From NCBI RefSeq assembly GCF_009914755.1, contig NC_060931.1: 64,000 nucleotides of DNA; one strand, written 5' to 3'. The notes under the pieces are model-generated. The model searched no databases and had not been told where the DNA came from. It worked only from the letters and a program-made list of their open reading frames with translations. The stretch's first letter is position 1; each line of letters begins with the position of its first letter. Position numbers and translations under genes: made by a program. Of this stretch, positions 13,330 through 26,574 are shown in pieces. Source of the DNA: the human T2T-CHM13v2.0 reference genome, Homo sapiens.

Positions 13330-13437
13330 GTGGACAGTGACACCATTTGGAATGAGCTACACTCGTCCGGTGCTGCACGCATGGCTGTTGGCTGTGTCAT
13401 CGAGCTGGCTTCCAAAGTGGCCTCAGGAGAGCTGAAG
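13330..13437 (+). CDS. HDAC9: HDAC9 coding exon (probably exon 17), 108 nt, phase 0/0: [36 protein letters not shown]
   Basis: Long pyrimidine tract + CAG acceptor at 13327-13329, donor AAG|GTGAGG. The translation matches the class IIa HDAC domain and joins in frame to 49161. Confidence 0.97.
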
Positions 13438-15240
13438 GTGAGGTCCGGGTTGCATTAAGTGTGGGAAATCCAGAGAAGAAACTGAAACAGAGATGTTGTT
13501 ATGTGGGAATTGCGGGGAGTGTGGCGTGGTAATAAAAGGAAGGGCAGAAGGAAGAGGGTAGAGATGGCCACTAAGGTGTGATAATAACTCATCTGTAGGC
13601 AGGGAGCAGCTCATCCTGCTCTCAGGGCCTTCTTCTGCCTGAGAACACTCTGCAGTCAGGGCCCACCGGTGTGCATGTAAGAGCACAGAGATAATAAGCA
13701 AAGCTATGGTTCAGGTTAAAAATACCTTTAGTATATACATGTCTGTCATGCCATCCTGAGATTCTCTTTTGAGGCAATTTTAAAAATATGATTACTGAGA
13801 AGTGTGTATAAGCTCAGAATACCACCCAGAGAGAGGGAGGCAGAGAAAGGTAAATACCAGACGGGAAGGATTGGGAGGAGGAAGGAAATTGTTGATTAGA
13901 AGGGTAATGATCCAGAGTGTGTTTTTCCATGAAAGAACTTAAAAAATGAGCTATGCTTTATTGTTCTTTTCTTTTTATGGTCTCTTCTTTTCTACATCGT
14001 ATGAAAAGAACAATGTCCAAACCCCAGCGTTTCCCAGTCTAAACAATTTATAAAAGCTAGAGACCTGACAGACGTTGACATTTTATTTGGTATTTTAACA
14101 GTGCTATTTAAAGGTACGCCATGTGCGTCTTGAATGCAGTTACCCCAATAAACTTTGTTGGTGCTAACACGGCCTTTTAATGCACTAGTTCACACACTTC
14201 ATGACGCAATCTGGGTCGTGATTGATTCGGTATTTTTAGCAATTGCGGGGCTTAGGGAAATATATTATGACCAATAACATATGCACTGTGAGTTTTGTGA
14301 AACCAAGATAAAATAATTAGGATTACTTTTCTTTATGTCTAGTGAATTTTTATTCAATTACATGGGACTCTTCCAGTTGTGATTAAAAATGTGGAGTAGG
14401 AATGTGCACTTCACAATGCAACGTTTGTCCAAGAAGTCTTTACTCTTAACTCTTTAAAGAGTCAGAGCCTACGGAAATATAATTTTGATAGGGTGAGCTC
14501 TATTTAAAAAGTAGATGTGCCTGTATATATTTGACATAAGTAGTATTAGGACATTGCTCATCTCAGGGGATATATGGGGTCATTAATGTGGTGCTTACTC
14601 TTCAGTCTTTACCTTTGAAAATGAGCAAATAAAAAGAGGAAAGGAATCAGCCTGTGGAGAGGTTTTGGCTATCTCCCAGTAGAACTTGAGGAAAAATTCT
14701 TCCTATTTGAGTGCTTGTGTTGTACTTGCACCACCGCAATAAATTAACACTTTAAAATAAAATTTGAACATCTTATTTTAAAAAGAATCCAAATGGCAGA
14801 AATCAGCCAGGCCACAATATTATAATTTTAAAGATTATGCTGGCACAGCTCTTTGATAACAAAGATAATTATTATGTTAGCTTTCACAATTTCCAATTGT
14901 TTTAAGTTTGTGTAAGTTTAAGCAATAATTCAGAAACCTTCTCAAGTAGAATGCCCACGTGTTTCAGTCATCAGAAGCATCATTATTAGCTTCACTGTGT
15001 GCAGAATTGCCAAATATATGCACGAAGATAGTTGAATAAAAACATAATTCCATGTTTAGAAGTTATCCATTTAAAATAGCCAGTTCCAAACAATGTGTCA
15101 ACAACACATAGTATGGGCATGCTGACCACCAGCTGTAGTAACATCAGGTATTTATATTAAGAACAACGATTGGTACAAATTTCTTCCCTTCCTCTGGTTA
15201 AGGAATCAGCAGGCATGGTTTAAAAAGAAAAGAAAACAGT

Positions 15241-15265
15241 AAAAAAAAAAAAAAAAAAAAAAAAA
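15241..15265 (+). repeat. A25 homopolymer followed by a MIR remnant (to about 15400)
   Basis: Direct reading. Confidence 0.9.
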
Positions 15266-17525
15266 GAAAAGCCAGCCTAAGAATCAAGAAATCTTAGTCC
15301 AGGTTCCACCACTTGCATAGTGTGTCATTTGTGGCAAATCTGTAACTTTTCTGGGGCTCAATTTCTGGTTCTGCACAATCATCTAGGTGGAATTGATAAT
15401 ATTGAAGGTCATCCATGGCACTGGCATTTTGAGCTATTTGCAAATGAAAAGTGGATATGAATCTCAATTATAACACTATGGCATCCCAAGCGGTAGATAT
15501 TCTGAAATTTCAGTTTGCTTTGATGAACATTCCAGATTGTGCAGCTGGGTTATCTTTCTGATTGCCAAGTCCATTGTAAAAGTCCAAGATAGGCAGAATC
15601 ATAACAGAGGCACTGGTACTATGCTGACAGGTCAAGAGACTGAAGCCCTGGGTTGCTAATAATTTGGGTAAGGCTACAGAGATGCCATGGGGGAAAAGTA
15701 GAACTCACAAATGATTTGGAGCCATAGTAAAGAACATGTGTAACTGAGGTAGACAGCCATGTTTGTGGACCGCTATTCAACAACCACAAAAACTACCCAG
15801 TGCCTACGTGTCCCAGACTCAAATATGATGGGGCTGATATACCTGCAGGCCAGGAGCATTATTACTCATGGTTTGTGGATTCGATTCATTCAGAACTTGG
15901 AAGAAAATAGGGAAGCTTATTCAAGGACACTGGTAAGTAATAAGAAATGTGAAAAGAAAAGACTTGAGCATTTTGTTATTCATTTTTCTGCATCTACATT
16001 CAGTTCTCACATATTCTATCCCATTCTCCCAGTAAATCAACATTTAATTAAATAACATTGGCATGTTACGATACCACATCGTATGAGATTGCACTAATTT
16101 TTCTTGGAAAATAGAGTAAAATTAAGAGCTTTATTTGAAATATGATGTGCCTGGATATAGTGTGGAAATAAGAGATGAGAGCTAGCTAGAGGAGGTCTCT
16201 GAGATCACAGAGGATGAGGACCTAAAAGATAAGAAATGTGCACAAAAAAAGAAAATGCCAGAAAAAATTGTATGACTGGGAAATTTTGTTTGATGCTGAA
16301 CTTGACCATGGCTAACCTCCTAACTTTTGATAGGTCCTTTCCTTTCTTCCCCCAGGGGATATTGATGAGCTGAAGGAATTAGAAGAATGAACCAGGCACA
16401 GGGGGTGGGTTTCCTGTTAATGCTTAAATAGAACATGTGCAGCAAACTATATCAGCAAATTGGTATATTTTTTGGCACAGCATAGACCTGCTCAGTGGAG
16501 CTCAGTGAAAATCATGGGGACTTTCAGACTTTCCAGGTTTTTAAACAATACATTTTTAAAAATACATAAGAAGGAATTCCTCAAATTTACAGGTATTCAA
16601 ATTGGCTATTTCTCAGATTCTCTTACAAAGGAACAAAAATATTCTGAAATTGTTGGCATGTTTGGTGTATTGGAAATCATAATTGGAAGAATAATTATCT
16701 CAAAATGGTTTTATTGTTTTATAGGACATTTTAGAAAGTATGTCAAAGACATAGAAATAGCTCTAAAAGGTGAACATTTTGTAATCATAAATAAAAAAGG
16801 ATTGATACTTATTGAAATTTAATATAAAGATTCACTTTGGTGTTCTTTTGACAATGCTACCATGTCTTCATAAAATAGTCAAAGTTGCTTTTAGCTTCTG
16901 GACATATTTATCAAAACAAACAAAAACAAAAAAAATCCTAAACACCTGGTTATCTGAGTGATGGATGAATTTGAGCATATACTGAATGAATATGAGTTTG
17001 AGTGTGTATTATGATGTCATGTTGCTAATAATAACTGCTACTCATTGAGTGCCTTCTGTAGGCAGCCAGTTTATATGTAATTTACTATTATTCTCACAAT
17101 GTACCCTTGAAGTAAGTACAGGATACTGGCTCAAAGACATTAAGTAACCTTTTAAGATCCTGCAGATAGGTTAATAAATAATAAAATATGTAAATCTGAT
17201 AATCCTCTGTTTTCTTTCAACCACTCTATCAGGACATTCTTTTACAGATAGCACAAATATACATTTAAAAAAGGGGCTAAAACTATCTATTTTAAGTAAG
17301 CAAAATTTTATCTTTTTTATTATTATAAAACATTTGAGACATACAAAAAGACAAGAAGTTACATTCTTACCTAACAAAATATAATAATAAAATAAATACC
17401 CACGAACTCCTCATCCAATTTAAGAATTGAACTTTGCTCACAATATTAAAATTCTCTCAGTACTTATCTCATTCCTATATTTTAAAACCAGATAGTCATA
17501 AATCTATTATATTTTTTTAAATTAT

Positions 17526-17837
<312 letters not shown>

Positions 17838-18215
17838 TTAATAGCTTTAAACATGCTTTTTGCTTTATAAAAATGGAACCTTATCGAATATATTCTTCTT
17901 CAGCATATTTCCCCTAAAAGGTATATTATGAGGATTTATCCATGTGGAGATATATATATATATATATGAATGATTAATTCATTTTCATTGCTATAAAATA
18001 TTCCCTTTGCACCATAATTTATATTTTTATTCTTCTGCAAGACATTGTTGTTGTTTCCAGGTTTTTGCTTTTTTGAATAATGCTATATGAACACCCTTGA
18101 ACATGGCTGCTCTTTCACTAGAGTATAACAAAGAGTAAAACAGTCCGCTCCTAGGCTACTTTCACAGTAAATTTCAGGAGGTAATGCCAAGTGGAATTCC
18201 AAAGTCATTTTACCA

Positions 18216-19016
18216 CAATGACATCAGCAAAGTGTCAGTCTAAGAGTTCAAAAATTCTTTTCTCCATAAAAACAATGATAAAACAGGCAAAATGTGTCAG
18301 GATGAAATTTTTCAAAACTCAGGAAAGTAATCAAAGTCTTCCAACAACTCAGGAAGCATGTTTCAAAAAACAAACCAGCTGAATTTTGGTGAGAACAGAG
18401 AGATTTGTGGTGTTTTAACTCATCGTATTTCCATCTTCCCCTTTCTAGGTCCATGGTAGCCTTACCAAATCACAGCCTGCATTCTTAGCATAAACTAGTA
18501 ACTTGCCAACCTCTGATGGGGAGATAAGGGAGTGGATAATGGAATTGGAACTCCTTCAAAGCCTCAATCCTAGAGAATTGTCATTATTTGACCTGTCCAG
18601 TGCTTCCCTGCATAACTTACTTGCAAGGCTTTATTTGGCTTCATGAGGTTTTCACACAGTGTGAAAGCCTTTTTCTTAGAAGTATTTGTTGTGAAAAATT
18701 AGTGGCGATCACTCAACTTTATGGCTGCTTGAGGTGGTGGATAACAATGGGGCAAACAGTAGGTTAGCCAAAAGCATCAAAGAAAACCTGAGGAATGTGC
18801 ATAAGGACTATGAAAAGCCCCATCAGATTCCTAAGAATCTAGAAAGCCACATGTATGATAGGGCTATATGCATACTCAGATTTGTGTTCCTACTCAGGAA
18901 AGACCTGAAAAGGCCCTAAGCTCTTATGTCAAACTGATTTTGAGGCTCTGTTCAAACAGGAAGTGAAGGTCCAGGTAGAGTTGTCAGCTGCCTGGCTAAA
19001 TATTTAAAATGTGCCC

Positions 19017-19072
<56 letters not shown>

Positions 19073-20172
19073 CCCCTCGGCAAAGGCTGGGGGAGTGCTG
19101 GTTTTAAGCATTAAAAGAAATATATTTATCCAATCATTGACTGACCACTAAGCTAACAATGCAAAGACTTCAGTAGCATATAAAACATAGAACACAGATT
19201 TTACACAACGATTTCACAAAAGTCACTAAGAAAATGACGATAACAAAAAGGAACAACAACAAATCCTGGAAAGAGGTGAGAATATGACTTCTAGTTTTAC
19301 CATACTGTTTTGTTTAAAATGTCCAGTTTTCCACAGAAATGTTTGAGACAAGCAAAGAAACAAGAAAGAATGCCCCACACAGAGGAAAAACAAATCAGTC
19401 AATAATAACTGTCCCTGAGTTAGCTCAGTTATCAGACTTACTAGACAAAAACTAAGCTAGATATTTTTAATAATTTAAAGAAGTAAGTTAAGCCATGTCT
19501 AAAGATTGTATGAGGATGTATGACTCTATAAACAGAATACTAATAAAGACACAGACATTGTTAAAATAAAAGAACCAAGGAAAATTCTGGATTTGAAAAA
19601 CACGATAACTTAAATGAAAAATTTACTAGAAGGGCTTAGTAGAAATGTGAGCAGGCAGATGAAAATGTCAGCAAACCTGAAGATATCTAGTCTGAAGACC
19701 AGGAAGAAAAGAGAATGAAGAAAAATGAACAGAGTTTCAAAGGTCTGTAGGACATGATCAAATGTACCAACATATGCATAATAAGTTTCAGAGAAGAAAA
19801 GAGAAAGGGGAAGAAAGAATATTTGAAGAAATTACGGCTGAATATTTCCCAAATTCAATAAAAACATTAATCAACATATTCATGAAGCTCAGTGCTCCAA
19901 CTAGGATAAACTCAGAGATCCATACCTAGACGCACCATAATGAAACCATTGAAATCCAATGATGAGAAAAAAATCTTAAAAACAGCAAAAGAGAAGCAAC
20001 TCATCACCTCCAAAAATCCTCAATAAAATCAACAACTTAGGTCTCATCATAAACTATGTAGGCCAGAAGGCAGTGGGATGACATCATCAAAGTGCTGAAA
20101 GAAAAAGACCATCACCAAGTATTCTATGTCCAACAAATCTGTCCTTCAAAAATGATGGTGAATTTAATACAT
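18216..20172 (+). mobile_element. Old L1M 5'UTR + ORF1 remnant
   Basis: ORF1-like text gaaaagagaatgaagaaaaatgaacagag...atatttgaagaaatt...ggccagaaggcagtgggatgacatc...gtgctgaaagaaaa. Confidence 0.8.
19019..19068. repeat. (AC)25 perfect microsatellite
   Basis: Direct count. Confidence 0.97.
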
Positions 20173-23100
20173 GCTCTGTTTTACCCCATTAGTCCATTCA
20201 CCTATCTCTGAATCAGTACCACATACTACTCATTACTTCAACTTTATAAGAGGTCTTGACTATCTGATAGGAAAAATTTTTTCACTTTCTTATTCTTCCT
20301 CACTAGATCTTGACATTTTCTTTGTTCTTAAATGTATAGTTTAAACTCACCGTGTCATTTTGCATGAAACATTCCATGAGAGGTTTTTTTGCATTGAATC
20401 TACAGATGAGTTTGACAATAATTAACATTTTTAGATGATTGAGTCTATTTGTTTCTGAGCATATGTTTACATTTATTTATACTTTCTTTGAAGTTTCTTA
20501 ATCAAGTTTTATAATTTCTTCTTGGGCAAGGGATGGCGGTGCATGCCTGTAATCCCAGCACTTAAGGAGGCTGAAGTGGGTGGATTACTTGAGCTCAGGA
20601 GTTTGAGACCTGCCTGGACAATATGGCAAAACCCTGTCTCTACAAAAAATACAAAAATTAGCCAGGTGGGGTGGCATGTACCTGTTGTCCCAGCTACTCA
20701 GGATGCTGAGATGGGAGGATTGCTTGAGCCCGGGAAGTCAAAGCTGCAGTGAGCCAAGATCGTGCTGTCTCATTCCAGCCTGGAAGACAGAGCGAGGCCT
20801 TGTTTCAAAATAATAATAATAATAATAATAATTTCTCCAAAGACAAAAAATATATATATGTAGGTAATTTGTGTTTTTGAAAAGAATTTTAGTGGCATCT
20901 TATTACAATTACATTCTCTGTTCTGATGTACAAAGGGGCTGTTTATTTTTTGCTAATTGTACATCATTATTATTGCAAAACTAGTAACAATTTATAAGTC
21001 ATTTGGGGTTTCTTTCTGATATCATCTGCAAATAATGACAGTTTTATTTCTTTTTTTCCAATAATTATGCCATTTTAAAATTTGTATTTCCTTATTACAT
21101 GGGCTAAAATCTCTGATATAATGCTGAAGACAATTGAACATGGTGAGTATTCTTGTGTCTTTCTAGATTATCTGTTTCACCATTAAATATTATGTTTACT
21201 ACAGGCTATTGTAAATATTTTATATTTTGTGGAAGAAATTACCTTTCATTTCTACTTTTCTAAGAATTTTCTTTCTCCTGTGAGAGAATTTTACATTGTA
21301 TGAAATGTTTTATAGGTGGCTATTGGTATTATGAAGTGAATTCTATTTAATTTCTTAATGTGATAAGTTATATTAATTAAATATTAAAAATTTTTGTATT
21401 CTTGAGATACATCTACCTTGGTTATGATTTATTATCATTGTTATGCATTTCCACATTTGGTTTGCTAATAATATTTTGGTTGGAATTTTTGCATATAAGT
21501 TAATTACTGAAATTGGTCTGTAATTCTTATAAAGACCCATCAATCTAGTGCATCAGGGCTTCATAAAGTGAATATGAGACTGTCTCTATATTTCTCTACT
21601 TTAGAGTAATAGTTCGGTAAAAATTGGGAAATTTGTTTTTTCAACGTTTGGTAAAACTTTCCTCTAAAGTCACAGAGCCTTGTTATTTAGGAAGATTTGT
21701 AACTACTGATTCAAATTCTTTCATTATTATGAAACTATTTGGAATTTGTATTTCTTTTTGAGTCAATTTAGGAGTGTTGTATTTTTTCTTGACATTTACA
21801 TATTGGAGCCAAATTTTCAAAATTAGTCATATGAATCCGTTCATAATATCCTCTTTTAACACTTCAATGTTTGCAGGAGCTTTAGCAATATATCTTTTTC
21901 ATTATCATACCGCTTATTTTTCCTCTTTTTCTTGATCAACTCTGTCAGAAGTTTGACAATTCTCTAATTCCTGTAGAGCAAACTTTGGCCTTTGTAGATG
22001 TCATATATTTTATGAATTTCTTCTATTTTTATTATTTATTTTATTTGGGGGGAGGTCATATATTTCTTTTAATAATTTCTTAAATTATTTAGCTCATTAT
22101 TTTACAACCTGTAGTCTTTTCTACTTATTAGAGCTATAAATTTTTCTTTAAGTACTATTTGAGTTACATGCTGTTTTCTATAAAGAATTCTCAAGAGTTT
22201 AGTTTTTAAAATGTCTTATTTCCATTATCTCCTTTTTTGAGCCATTAGTGTATTAAATGTGTATTTTGAAATTTCCAAACGTATGAGTGTTTTAGTCACA
22301 ATTTTTGTTATTGACTCAATTTAAATATAAGACATTCATAAAATTTGATCTGTATCATACTAGTTCCTGGAAGTTTATGAGACCCGCTTTATTGACAAGT
22401 GTTCTTGCTATTTGTAAAATGTTCTTTGTGTGCTTAAATAGTATCGGCATCCACATATTATTGAGTGTAATATTTTATATGTCCATTAGCACAAGCTTAT
22501 TAATTATTTTGTTAAAATAGTCCATATTTGGCTGCAGGATTTTTGCAAGATTCTATAATGGCTATTTAAAAATGTGGTGTTGAAGTTTCCACATATCATG
22601 ATAGATTTTTTATCTTTATGGAACTGTTAATTTTTGCTTTAGATATTTAAAAACTCTGTTATTAGGTACAGTAAAATTAAGACTATTATATGCTTATAAA
22701 TCCTTTATTAATACTTAATAATTATCTTAAGTAAATATTTTTATCCTCAATTATATTTATGATATTAATATAGCAAAAACAGCTTTTTTTCTTTTCTAGT
22801 ATTTTCCTGGCTTATCATTTACCATTCCTTTACTTTCAGACTTTCTCTTTATTACATACTAGGTCTATCTCCTATAAACAGCATTCCTGGATTTGTTTTC
22901 TAATATGACTGTGTATTTTAATTGGGGAGTTCAATTCACTTATATGTGTTATGATTTATAATATACTGAAACATATCTCTATCATCTTATTTTGTTTTTT
23001 CTTTTTGTTCCATTATTGGTTTGTCCCCTTACTTTCACCCGCCCCTTGCTTTATTTTTAATTAAATTAGTTTATTTTTTCTCTATGTGACCTCTTTTTTC

Positions 23101-23740
23101 AGAAAATGCACACTTTTTTTCTATTATTTTAGTAACTACCTTTAAAAATTTAACCTACTTATAACACATCCTAAACTTCACTATCTTTTTTTTCCCACCA
23201 ACAATACAAGAACTTTATGTTTTCTTTCTATTTTAAAGCAATAGTCATGTCCTAACTTACATGCTTAGGACTTTAGTTGTATTTATAAAAGACTAGTAGC
23301 ACTGACGAGGTATGATTGTACTGTTTTAACCATCAGTGTTTCTCTATACTTGCTCGCTATTTACCATTTTTCTTATCACCATTTATGATTGTATCTGAAA
23401 CCTCTGTTCTGGGATTGTTTTCTTTCTTCCAGGACATTTTTTAGGATTTTCCTTACTGACGGTTTCTCAGTTTTTATTTATCTATGATGTCTTTTACCCT
23501 CATTCTTGAAAGACAGCTTTGCTAAGTACACAGTTCAAAGTTGATAGTTTCTCTCAGCACTTTAAATATCTTCTGTGCTTTTCTGGCTTCCAATTTTGAT
23601 GAGGAAAAATCAGCTGATAGTCTGATGATCATTTCTTGTAGATTTTCTATTTTTTTTCTCTTGGATTTCTTTTAATGTCTTCTTTTTGGATTTGTTATAC
23701 TGTGTCTTGCTTGCCATGTATTTTTAGTGGATTTTACTCA
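20173..23740 (-). mobile_element. Highly decayed L1ME-like ORF2/ORF1, antisense
   Basis: T-rich; atcatctgcaaataatgacagtttt, tggtttgctaataatattt, gaaattggtctgtaatt motifs. Confidence 0.75.
20525..20832 (+). mobile_element. AluJ with (AAT)n tail
   Basis: gattacttgagctcaggagtttgagac, ggaggattgcttgagcccggga J-type features. Confidence 0.9.
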
Positions 23741-23859
23741 GTCAAGTTGTTTAAAATATATACGTATTAGGAAAATCAAAATTTAATGCAGCCAGTCAGT
23801 GATATTTTGTGATATATCCCTTGCAATAGACTGCAAGCAACCTTGCTGATTTCAATAAT

Positions 23860-24320
23860 CAATGATTAATTTATTTAAAAAAAACATGTTTCAAGTACCT
23901 ATCATATGCCAGAAACTACTTTAAATACTGAAAATACTGTGGTGATCCAGACAGGGAAATTAGGTTTCCTGCTGAAGAGCAATGATAAAGAGATAAACAA
24001 ATGGACATATGATACAAGTTCATGTGAAAATGTGTTATGGATATAAGTAAAGGATGAAAGAGAGCTAGAGGAAGGCTGAGCAAGAAGGCTAGCTCTGTTA
24101 GCTTATCAGAAAGCTTTACTGATAAGGAGAGATTTGTGCTGAGTGAATTAAGGGAAGAATTATGTAGATATGTGGGGAAAGAATATTCCACACAGGAAAA
24201 AAGCAAATACAGAAGCTCTCTCAGGGTGGGGCAAATAAGCAGGTCTTGACATGTTTAAGAAACTTCAAGGCCTGAGCGTCTGAAAGTGAGATGAGGTTAG
24301 AGAGATAGTCAAGTGCTACA
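23860..24320. mobile_element. L2 fragment
   Basis: caagtacctatcatatgccag...gaatattccacacagga...gcaaatacaga. Confidence 0.65.
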
Positions 24321-24756
24321 TGATGGGATGCATGTACACGTCCACCCTCACACATACACACAAACACGCTGTGGTTCATACACACGTATGCATACGTAAA
24401 TAATATTAAAAATGAAGGGTCTATTTCTAATAGGGCATAAGGATAGCAACGGTGGTAAGTGCTGATTGTGAATAAGGAAAGCTGCATTGCATTTCATATA
24501 CATTTTGCCACACATTTGGCCTTTCTTAAAATGTTATATTGCTGTCTACCCTAAAATGGTTCAACAAGTAAGGTATGCATTGAAATACCTGTGTTGACTC
24601 CAATTATGACCAAATCCTAAACTGTGGACAATGGATATTTACCATGCATACTATATACTGCTTCAGTGAATTCCTTAAAACAGCCAAAGAAGACTGCAAT
24701 TATCTTACCTAATCCAGTTCACATTACAAAAGACTAGAGAACATAGATGTGATTGA

Positions 24757-25069
<313 letters not shown>

Positions 25070-25189
25070 CAGTGGAAGATTCTTAAAAGGAATTTAAGTA
25101 TTCTGACTATCCTGCTCAGTTCCCTTCCTAAGCTTTGGTCCCACTTAAACTAAATGTGCAAGAGAAGGGGAAGGACAGTAAGGAAATCA

Positions 25190-26170
25190 CTCATGTCCAC
25201 AAACAGGAGGAGTAGCTTTTCAGTCTTTAACTTGTTGCATGTTGAGCTATAGGAATTTGTAGGTTCACTTTAGACTGTTACCAGAGTGGGGTAGGACGTT
25301 CACTAGAAGGCCTGATAAATGTGTCAGGAGTTTGAGAGCTTATGTAAAGATCGAGGAATACTCAGGCTTGTCACCTGGAGAAGAGATAAGTGGAGAGCTG
25401 GCTGAACGTGCCCATGTGGATAGGTCCAAGAGAGAGAAGTCAGCAGCTGCACAGATGCAAAAACTGTTGGTGGGGCAAGGATTTTTCCCCCTGCGGGCCA
25501 GTGGACACTGCGCAGAAGCCAATTTTAATCATGAAAGGATTTCACCAACAATGGTTGCCTGCAAGGGAAAAGCCACCAGTAGAATGAGACTGGAGGCATG
25601 TGAAAGAGCTGATGAAGGCCTGCAAGGTCAGCCAGTGAGTGCATGACGCATCTCAGTGAACTTAGCAGATACAGGTCACTGACAGTGGACCTGAGAGTGT
25701 TCCCATTCATAAGGAACAGTGTTTGGATGTCTGCTGTGACTGAAGGCCTTTGAAGAACCCAGAGAGATCACCAACTTGCATTGCTAATCCAGTCTTTATG
25801 ATTTTTCCTTCTTCCCAGTCTCCAGAGCTGTAGGATCTGTAAAGTAAGCAGGAAGGAAGTGGAGTAAGAAGGAAAAAATATAAACTATAAATTATATAGC
25901 CTCCTCTCCCCAACACACAGAGATGTACACATCACATTTGCCCACTGCTGGTCCCTGATCCTGTGGGTCAGCTGAGGAGTTGGGGAAGCTTCAAACAAAA
26001 TGTGACATTAAGGTTTTCAATGAGGCTGAACTGGACTTTTTAACATCTAAAAATGAGACTATTTCTATAGTAAAAGTAACTGAAAAGCTGTGGAATACAT
26101 CAGATTAAAAACTAAAGAAAGACTAGGGCTTGGAGAAGAATAATCCCACTTCCATTTCACCCCATTCAAT
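25190..26170. mobile_element. Possible ancient LTR (MamGyp-like), family uncertain
   Basis: Purine-rich, higher-GC block ending aactggactttttaacatctaaaaatgagact, reminiscent of old Gypsy-type LTRs; by-eye impression only. Confidence 0.3.
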
Positions 26171-26179
26171 ATATCAGTG

Positions 26180-26574
26180 CATTATTAACTTTCTATTGCT
26201 GCTATAACAAATTACCCCAAATTTAGTGGCTTAAAACAATGCAAATTTATTCTTTTCAGTCCTGGAAGTCTTTTGACAGGACTCAATGGGCCAAATCAAG
26301 ATGTCAGCAGGACTACATTCCTTCCTTATTCAGGGGATGGCAGAATTCCTTTCCTTGTGGTCGTGAGACTTGGGTCTCCATTTTCTTGCTAGCTGTCAGC
26401 TGCAGGCTGCCCTTAGCTCCTAGAGTACTCTCCCCATTCTTTGTACCTCTACATCTCAGAGCCAACAATATGGCGTGGAATCCTCATGTTGTCATTTTTC
26501 TAACCCTTTCTGTCATTATGTCTCTCTGTGACCACGGTTGGAAAAGGCTCTATGCTTTTAAGGATGCATGTAAT
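26180..26574 (-). mobile_element. MLT1 LTR, left part (interrupted by L1)
   Basis: tctattgctgctataacaaattaccccaaatttagtggcttaaaacaa. Confidence 0.8.

Noticed and set aside
25332-25646. 104-aa ORF with protein-like composition, possible processed pseudogene
   Set aside because: No recognisable protein family, poly(A) tail or TSD; more likely an old LTR. A tBLASTx/Dfam search would settle it.
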